Both the position numbers and the translations under genes were made by a program. A stretch of DNA of 51,029 nucleotides, from contig CAZHQS010000001.1 in NCBI GenBank assembly GCA_964534545.1, positions 1 through 51,029 on the forward strand, written 5' to 3'. Below the pieces are notes generated by a model. The model saw only the letters and a program-made list of their open reading frames with translations. It did not search any database and was not told where the DNA came from. This DNA comes from Candidatus Hydrothermarchaeota archaeon. GTDB taxonomy: Archaea > Hydrothermarchaeota > Hydrothermarchaeia > Hydrothermarchaeales > JAADFM01. Numbering within the stretch: position 1 is the stretch's first letter; each line of letters opens with the position of its first letter. Below, piece by piece: positions 10,667-16,257 of this stretch.

Positions 10667-11680
10667 ATGGAGAAGCCATCGATACTGGTTGTGGACGACG
10701 AGGAGTCCATAAGACTCAGCCTCTCCATTCTGCTCAAGAAGGAAGGGTTTCATGTAGAGGAGGCCGCCAGTGGGGAGGAGGCCCTGGAGAAACTGCGGAC
10801 CAACAGGTATGACATCGTCATCAGCGATATCATGATGCCCGAGCTGGATGGCATCACCCTGCTGAAGAAGATCAAGGAGCTGGACCGCAAGATCGATGTG
10901 ATCCTGATCACGGCCTATGCCAACCTGGACCGGGCTATCCAGAGCCTGAGACACGGGGCATCGGATTTCATCCAGAAGCCCTATGAGAACCAGGATATCA
11001 TCAGGGCCGTGTCCAAGATCATGGAGGACAGAAAACTCGAGGCCGCCTTTGAGACAGAGAAGACGTTGCCCTTCGCCTTCAATGCATCACAGAAGGAGCT
11101 GCTCCTGAGGCTCTTCAACGACGGTGTCAAGGACCTGGAGATATCCCTGAAGGAGATTGCGGGAGATATCAAACTCGAGGTCGAGGACCTGACGGTGGAG
11201 GACCTGAAGAACTTCCCGGCCCACGTGGGGGGCGAGGGTGTGCCCATGATGGGGGCCTATGTGGGTATCTACGGGGACCTCTCGGGGAGTTTCATGATGG
11301 TCTTCCAGGTGGAGGACTGCATATCCCTGGTGGAGTTCGTCATCGGGGAGAAGGTGGGGACCATCGATTTCAACCTCCCCACGGAGAGGGGGTCCAAGAC
11401 GGTGATGGAACTGGGGGACATCCTGGCCAACTCCTATCTCCTGGGCCTGAGGGAGTCCACGGAGATGATACTGAAGTCCACACCCCCAACCTTCGTTCAC
11501 TTCACGTCAGGCAACATCAGGTCCTTCATGGAGGTGCGCACCGGGAAGGGGACCCATTACAGCATCCTCACCCCCCTGAGGGTGTCCTTTGTGACCGACA
11601 CGGCCCGGACCCTGGTGGGCTACCTGATCTCCATCTTCGGACTCCGGAGCATGCGGTTGCTCTCCGAGAAGATTGTATGA
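10667..11680 (+). CDS. response regulator: receiver domain fused to a CheC/CheX-like C-terminal domain
   Basis: REC motifs VVDDEES, DIVISDIMMPELDG and ILITAY..K. The C-terminal 200 aa carry VMELGDILANSYLLGL..STPP, which resembles but does not exactly match the CheC ExxN..P motif. Confidence 0.7.
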   Translation: MEKPSILVVDDEESIRLSLSILLKKEGFHVEEAASGEEALEKLRTNRYDIVISDIMMPELDGITLLKKIKELDRKIDVILITAYANLDRAIQSLRHGASDFIQKPYENQDIIRAVSKIMEDRKLEAAFETEKTLPFAFNASQKELLLRLFNDGVKDLEISLKEIAGDIKLEVEDLTVEDLKNFPAHVGGEGVPMMGAYVGIYGDLSGSFMMVFQVEDCISLVEFVIGEKVGTIDFNLPTERGSKTVMELGDILANSYLLGLRESTEMILKSTPPTFVHFTSGNIRSFMEVRTGKGTHYSILTPLRVSFVTDTARTLVGYLISIFGLRSMRLLSEKIV

Positions 11681-11693
11681 GGGGATGGAGGGG

Positions 11694-11719
11694 GAACATG
11701 TTCGGGGAAAGGATATTAT
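11694..11719 (+). promoter_or_regulatory. 10-bp perfect palindrome GAACATGTTC followed by GGGGAAAGGATATTAT (BRE/TATA-like); copy 1
   Basis: Seen directly. It lies 37-62 nt upstream of the ATG at 11756. A near-identical copy is at 13024..13050. Confidence 0.55.
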
Positions 11720-11755
11720 CCCCCCGCAGGGAAGTATGATAGAGGTGATCTCCTG

Positions 11756-13018
11756 ATGGGCAAGAGGACCTCCATCTTCTGCATGGCCGCTGCCAATGTG
11801 TACTTCGTCCTTGCTCTCTTCCTGGGGCTTTTGATGATCCTGGGGGTGGTCGGGTCCGGGGAATTCAAGACTGCCCACGCCCACCTGGCCCTCCTGGGCT
11901 GGGTCTCTCTGACCATCATAGGGGCCATGTACGAGCAGGTCCCCAACCTCACCGCCGCCGACCTCTACAGCAAAAAGACAGCCTGGTGGTCCTTCTGGGT
12001 CTACAACCTGGGCCTGGTGGGTCTGGCAGGGGGACTGGCCTTTGAGGTCCCCGATATCCTCCTGGCGACCTCCGCGGCCCTCCTCCTCCTGGGCGTATAT
12101 GCCTTTGCCGGCAATATCTTCATGACCGTAAAAAACCGCCGGGCCCCCAACCCCATCCTGAAGTTCTATACAGCCTCGGTGGTCTATTTCGTCCTGGCCT
12201 CCACCTTCGGCGGTGCCCTGGTGCTGAACCGCATGGGGGTAATCGACCTCACCACCGTTTTTGTCAGGTACACAACCGCCCACGCCCACCTGGGATTTTT
12301 GGGCTGGGCCTCCCTCATCATCATCGGGGCCCTCTCCTGGATGTTCCCCATGGTGGTCATGAGGGACATCCACAGCCAGAAGCTCATGGATGCCGTCTTC
12401 TGGCTATTCAACCTGGGGGCCATGGGTTTCGCCCTGGGCCTTTTGACCGGGGGGCTTGGCACCCTCTCCCTGGCCTCCGCCCTGGTGGTGTTCCTGTCCA
12501 TAGCCCTTTTTTCCTACAACCTCCTCATGACGGCCCTGAAAAAACAGGTGAAGATGCAGATGACGGCCGATGCCACCGAGGCCCCCTTCTTCTATGGTGC
12601 GGTTTTCTATTTCTTCCTGGTGGCCCTCCTGGGCCTTGCCATGCTCCTTGGGCCGGAGACCGTAAAGTCCGTCTCCCCCGCCCACGGCCACCTGGCCCTC
12701 CTGGGCTTTGTCTCCCTGACCATCTTCGGGGGCATGTACCACCTCATACCCATGCTCACCTGGACCCTCATAACCAAGAAGATGGCGGCCGCCGGACCCC
12801 AGGGGTCCCCCCCATCCCTGCCCAAGTCCCTCCACGAGCTCTACAGCGTCAAACTGGCCAAGGTGGTCTTCTGGGGCTTCAACCTGGGTACCCTGGCCCT
12901 CGGGGCAGGCATGTACCTGGGCCAGCAGACCCTGGCTGCGGCCGCCGGCCTGGTCCTTTTTGCCTCGGGGACCCTCTTTAGTCTGGACATGTTCAGATGC
13001 ATCAAAAGGGGGCTATAG
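11756..13018 (+). CDS. 12-TM membrane protein with three internal 4-TM repeats, each with an HxH..LGW motif (heme-copper-oxidase helix-X-like)
   Basis: 420 aa. TAHAHLALLGWVSLTIIGAMYEQVP (H41/H43), TAHAHLGFLGWASLIIIGALSWMFP (H176/H178), PAHGHLALLGFVSLTIFGGMYHLIP (H310/H312). FW-x-F/Y-NLG also repeats three times. Confidence 0.8.
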   Translation: MGKRTSIFCMAAANVYFVLALFLGLLMILGVVGSGEFKTAHAHLALLGWVSLTIIGAMYEQVPNLTAADLYSKKTAWWSFWVYNLGLVGLAGGLAFEVPDILLATSAALLLLGVYAFAGNIFMTVKNRRAPNPILKFYTASVVYFVLASTFGGALVLNRMGVIDLTTVFVRYTTAHAHLGFLGWASLIIIGALSWMFPMVVMRDIHSQKLMDAVFWLFNLGAMGFALGLLTGGLGTLSLASALVVFLSIALFSYNLLMTALKKQVKMQMTADATEAPFFYGAVFYFFLVALLGLAMLLGPETVKSVSPAHGHLALLGFVSLTIFGGMYHLIPMLTWTLITKKMAAAGPQGSPPSLPKSLHELYSVKLAKVVFWGFNLGTLALGAGMYLGQQTLAAAAGLVLFASGTLFSLDMFRCIKRGL

Positions 13019-13023
13019 GCCAC

Positions 13024-13050
13024 GAACATGTTCGGGAAAAAGGATATTAT
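13024..13050 (+). promoter_or_regulatory. GAACATGTTC palindrome plus GGGAAAAAGGATATTAT (BRE/TATA-like); copy 2
   Basis: Seen directly, 33-59 nt upstream of the ATG at 13083. A 9/10 partial site GACATGTTC is at 12986..12994. Confidence 0.55.
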
Positions 13051-13082
13051 GTTACATTATAATGTTATTACAGGTGTTTTAA

Positions 13083-13334
13083 ATGCTGGAATGCCCTGGC
13101 TCCAAGATCATCAAGTCCCCGACCATAGAGTTCATAAAGTGCCCCTATTGCCAGTCCGAGGTGGAGATATTCTCGGACGAGACCACCGCCCTCTGCGACC
13201 GGTGCGGCAAGGAGGTCACCCGGGCCGCCGCCCTGGCCTGCATAGAGTGGTGCCAGTCGGCCAGGGAGTGCGTCGGGGAGGAGAAGTACCAGGAGCTCAT
13301 GAAGGCCAAGGAGGCAGATCAAAATGGTGGATGA
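13083..13334 (+). CDS. small Cys-rich zinc-ribbon protein (8 Cys)
   Basis: 83 aa. CPYC..x14..CDRC ribbon, then ACIEWCQSARECVG. No family recognised. Confidence 0.6.
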   Translation: MLECPGSKIIKSPTIEFIKCPYCQSEVEIFSDETTALCDRCGKEVTRAAALACIEWCQSARECVGEEKYQELMKAKEADQNGG

Positions 13335-13602
13335 AGAGAAGGTAATCGAGGCCCTGAAGGGTGTCATGGACCCCCATACGGGCCAGGATGTCTATGAGAT
13401 GGGTCTTATACGGAACCTGAAGATCGAGGGAAGCACGGTGAGCCTCGAGTTCGTCCCCTCCAGCCCCTACTGCCCCCTGGGGGAGCACCTGGCCACTTCC
13501 ATCAAGAAGGCCGTCCAGGATACGGAGGGCGTTGAAAGGGTCGATATTACAGTGGAGGGCTATGTCCAGAAGGACGCCCTTAACCAGATATTGAAGGGAT
13601 AG
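13324..13602 (+). CDS. DUF59/MIP18-family Fe-S cluster assembly protein (SufT/PaaD-like)
   Basis: 92 aa. VIEALKGVMDPHTGQDVYEMGLIRNLKIEG..V.LEFVPSSPYCPLGEHL is the classic DUF59 pattern. It overlaps the previous ORF by 11 nt. Confidence 0.85.
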   Translation: MVDEEKVIEALKGVMDPHTGQDVYEMGLIRNLKIEGSTVSLEFVPSSPYCPLGEHLATSIKKAVQDTEGVERVDITVEGYVQKDALNQILKG

Positions 13603-13615
13603 GAGGTTTAAGGGA

Positions 13616-13735
13616 ATGGCAGAATGTTTCAACTGCAAACGGTCTGAAGACGAAGAGAAGCTCCTCCAGTTCAGGCACAAGGGGGAGGACAACTTTGTAT
13701 GTGTCAAGTGCCTGCCCATGCTGATCCACGGGTGA
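13616..13735 (+). CDS. 39-aa CxxC..CxxC mini zinc-ribbon ORF
   Basis: MAECFNCKRSEDEEKLLQFRHKGEDNFVCVKCLPMLIHG. AGGAGG lies 9 nt upstream. Below the track length cutoff. Confidence 0.45.
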   Translation: MAECFNCKRSEDEEKLLQFRHKGEDNFVCVKCLPMLIHG

Positions 13736-13736
13736 G

Positions 13737-14015
13737 TCAGTACCTCACACTGAAGGAGGAAAACTCTCCGATATAGTCCTCCCAGGCCACCTCCACCTGA
13801 TCCACCCTGGAGTAGGGGGACCCCTGGTGGCACCAGGTGATCATCTCATCGATTTTTTCCTTTTCCCCCTCGAATAGGGCCTCCACCCTGCCGTCCGGGA
13901 GGTTGCGGACCCAGCCTGTCAGTCCAAGCCTCCTGGCGGCATCCCTGGTATGCGCCCTGAAAAAGACCCCCTGAACCCTGCCTGAGATCAAGACATGAGC
14001 CCTGGATTCTGCCAT
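13737..14015 (-). CDS. acyP: acylphosphatase
   Basis: 92 aa. VLISGRVQGVFFRAHTRDAARRLGLTGWVRNLPDGRVE is the canonical acylphosphatase signature. Confidence 0.95.
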   Translation of the reverse strand: MAESRAHVLISGRVQGVFFRAHTRDAARRLGLTGWVRNLPDGRVEALFEGEKEKIDEMITWCHQGSPYSRVDQVEVAWEDYIGEFSSFSVRY

Positions 14016-14102
14016 GATGCTTCCTATACCCCTGCTTATAGATAAAAAAATCGGTCATGAAAAGACAAACCTTACATAGGATAAGTTACTAACAAAGGGT
14101 GG

Positions 14103-14729
14103 ATGATTGAAGCCGTCCTCATCATGAAGATGCCCAAGAGCTGCGCCATGCGCCACGTCTCCATGGCCGAGGCCAGGGTGAAGGTGGTCCAGGCCCGGCC
14201 CTACCAGGAGGAGGGGGTTGCCTCCCTGATGGAGATCAAGGCCGAGGAGGAGTGCCTGAAGAACCTCATGGAGACCATCTCGGAGGACCCCGGGGTCTAT
14301 CGGAGCGATTTTTCGGCCACAGGGGGTGGAAGGACCAAGGCGGCCGTGGCGGTGAAGAGGTGCGTGCCGGCCAGGGACATCGTGGAGTCGGAGTGTTTCA
14401 TCTCCGCTGCCAGGATGGAGGGAGAGGATATCGTCTGGCACCTCATCGCCACCAGGGAGGCCCTGAAGAGGCTTTCCGAGAGGCTGCAAAGCCATGGTTT
14501 CGACTTCAAGCTCAAGAAGATCGGCAAGCTGACGGAGGAGGAGACCCTGACGGAGAAGGAGGACGAGATCCTCCGCTATGCCATCGAGAAGGGGTATTTC
14601 GAGACCCCCAAGAGGGTGGGGGTCCGGGAGATAGCCAAGCATTTCGGTATATCGATTTCTACCCTGTCGGAGATCCTCAGGCGGGGCCAGAAGAAGGTCA
14701 TCCTCTCCTTTTTTAAGGGGAAGGATTGA
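14103..14729 (+). CDS. HTH_10 (bacterio-opsin activator-type) transcriptional regulator
   Basis: C-terminal LTEKEDEILRYAIEKGYFETPKRVGVREIAKHFGISISTLSEILRRGQKKV matches the Bat-type HTH. Confidence 0.8.
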   Translation: MIEAVLIMKMPKSCAMRHVSMAEARVKVVQARPYQEEGVASLMEIKAEEECLKNLMETISEDPGVYRSDFSATGGGRTKAAVAVKRCVPARDIVESECFISAARMEGEDIVWHLIATREALKRLSERLQSHGFDFKLKKIGKLTEEETLTEKEDEILRYAIEKGYFETPKRVGVREIAKHFGISISTLSEILRRGQKKVILSFFKGKD

Positions 14730-14731
14730 AG

Positions 14732-15481
14732 ATGAGGGTCCTGTTGCTCCTGATGGTCCTCCTGGCCGGATGCCTCGGGGCCTCCCCGGAGAAGGATACC
14801 GTGGTCTTCGACCTCTCCCACCTGGAGGCCTTCCAGCCCATTGACGTGGACACCCTGGGATATACGGCCTTCTACAACATGTTCCAGGATGCAGGCTACG
14901 ATACCCAGGCCTGGGTGGAGCCCCTGAGCAGGGAGTCCCTGGAGGATGCCGCCGTTCTGGTCCTGGCCGGACCCCTCCTGCCCCTGAGCCAGGAGGAGAA
15001 CAGAATCATCCTGGACTTCGTCAGGGGAGGCGGCAACCTGCTGATATTCCTCCACATAGCCCCACCGGTGGCCCCCCTCTGCAAGGAGTTCGGCATCCTC
15101 ACCACCACGGGACCCATCCTGGAGGGCGCCCATATCATCGAGGGGGACCCGGCGGACTTTTATGTCACCCGGGTGGCGGAGCACCCTGTTACCGAGGGAG
15201 TCAGCGCCATAGCGGTCTACGGCTGCTGGGGCCTTGGCAGGTTCGAGGACGAGGTGGAGATCCTGGCCACCAGCACCCCCCAGGCATGGATCGACTCCAA
15301 CGGGGACAGGACCTACCAGGAGGGGGAGTTCAGGGATACCTACGGCATCGTGGCGGTGCGCAGCTATGGCAGGGGGAAGGTGGTGGTGGTGGCCGATGAC
15401 GCCCCCTTCATCGACCGGTTCCTGGACCAGGGGGACAACCGGCGACTGGCAGGGAACATCATCGCCTGGTTCGGGGAGTAG
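14732..15481 (+). CDS. exported lipobox protein, DUF4350-like
   Basis: Signal peptide with LLAGC lipobox. LVLAGP, GGGNLLIF and GKVVVVADD pattern. Start is either ATG 14732 or TTG 14726. Confidence 0.5.
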   Translation: MRVLLLLMVLLAGCLGASPEKDTVVFDLSHLEAFQPIDVDTLGYTAFYNMFQDAGYDTQAWVEPLSRESLEDAAVLVLAGPLLPLSQEENRIILDFVRGGGNLLIFLHIAPPVAPLCKEFGILTTTGPILEGAHIIEGDPADFYVTRVAEHPVTEGVSAIAVYGCWGLGRFEDEVEILATSTPQAWIDSNGDRTYQEGEFRDTYGIVAVRSYGRGKVVVVADDAPFIDRFLDQGDNRRLAGNIIAWFGE

Positions 15482-15553
15482 TTAAAGATACAGCGCCAGA
15501 AATATCAGCCCCACACCCAGGAGGACCAAGAGAGGGTCTACTTTTTTCTCCAT
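15482..15553 (-). CDS. 23-aa single-TM micropeptide ORF
   Basis: MEKKVDPLLVLLGVGLIFLALYL, with a strong AGGAGG 7 nt upstream of the ATG. No homology evidence. Confidence 0.3.
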   Translation of the reverse strand: MEKKVDPLLVLLGVGLIFLALYL

Positions 15554-15576
15554 GGCAGGCCTCCTAATCCGTCATA

Positions 15577-15675
15577 GAAAAAAAGGGGGGAGGGGGATGG
15601 GGAGTCGAGGTAAAAAAGTCGAGAGGTTGGAGGTGGAATGGCAGCGACTTTTGCCCCCCATCTTTTATCCTCCCC
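15577..15675 (-). terminator. nested three-helix structure followed by a T8 tract on the minus strand
   Basis: Pairings 15587-93/15669-75 (7 bp), 15596-602/15656-62 (7 bp) and 15616-21/15645-50 (6 bp). On the minus strand these are followed by TTTTTTTT (15577-15584), downstream of the 15701..16039 gene. Confidence 0.4.
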
Positions 15676-15700
15676 TTCCTGACCGATGATGGCAGGAATA

Positions 15701-16039
15701 TCATGTCCCCTGGCGGCCGCAGTTCTTGCACTTGACGCCATTTTCACAGAAGATGCTGGCCGTTTTAAGGAGATGTTTGTTCTTCTCAAGGCAGAGTAGA
15801 ATGTCATCAGCTGGGAGAGGTTCCCTGATGAACAGGGCCCTGTATTTCCGGGATGCCCTGACCGCTAGCTCGCGGTCGTGGGTCACCATTAGACAGTTCA
15901 ACTTGGAGAGGAGGTGCAGGATCTCCTCGTCACTCATGCTGGTATCTATGTCCCCCACATGGAGGGTCCGGGTCCCGTGGTTGAGGGTCTTGACCTTCTT
16001 GGGGATGTTCACATCAAGGATCACATCCACTACCATCAT
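15701..16039 (-). CDS. PIN-like DUF5615/Mut7-C-type putative RNase with C-terminal Cys cluster
   Basis: 112 aa. VVDVILDVNIP..., SDEEILHLLSKLNCLMVTHDREL, and C-terminal CENGVKCKNCG. Confidence 0.5.
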   Translation of the reverse strand: MMVVDVILDVNIPKKVKTLNHGTRTLHVGDIDTSMSDEEILHLLSKLNCLMVTHDRELAVRASRKYRALFIREPLPADDILLCLEKNKHLLKTASIFCENGVKCKNCGRQGT

Positions 16040-16079
16040 ACCACATCCTCGTCGGCTACCACCGTTCTGGACCCTACCT

Positions 16080-16256
16080 TCACTTTAACCATTCGAACTC
16101 ACTTTTAAGCCTGTCCAGTCTCTGGTACAGGGCGTCGATCTCGGCGTTCATCTCCTCCATGGACAGGCCCAGCTCCTCCTGGCTTGCCCTGATGACCGCC
16201 GCAATCTCCTCCAGTCGTTCCCTCTTGTATTCCAGGAACTCGTCCTTATCATCCAT
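16080..16256 (-). CDS. 58-aa acidic coiled-coil protein coupled to the nrdD-like gene
   Basis: ATG at 16256 lies 1 nt after the upstream TGA (16258-16260). MDDKDEFLEYKRERLEEIAAVIRASQEEL... The track ORF starts 30 nt further up inside nrdD. Confidence 0.45.
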   Translation of the reverse strand: MDDKDEFLEYKRERLEEIAAVIRASQEELGLSMEEMNAEIDALYQRLDRLKSEFEWLK

Positions 16257-16257
16257 C

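Noticed and set aside
15585-15602. G6-A-G5-AT-G4 run considered as a G-quadruplex.
   Set aside because: There are only three adjacent G-tracts of at least 3. The fourth would have to come from GG dinucleotides. The same bases are better explained by pairing with the downstream C-tracts in the nested hairpin.
15538-15807. 89-aa minus-strand track ORF crossing the structured intergenic region.
   Set aside because: It runs through the hairpin/T-tract and overlaps the end of the 15701..16039 gene. Its composition is not protein-like, and the short RBS-preceded 23-aa ORF explains the 5' part better.
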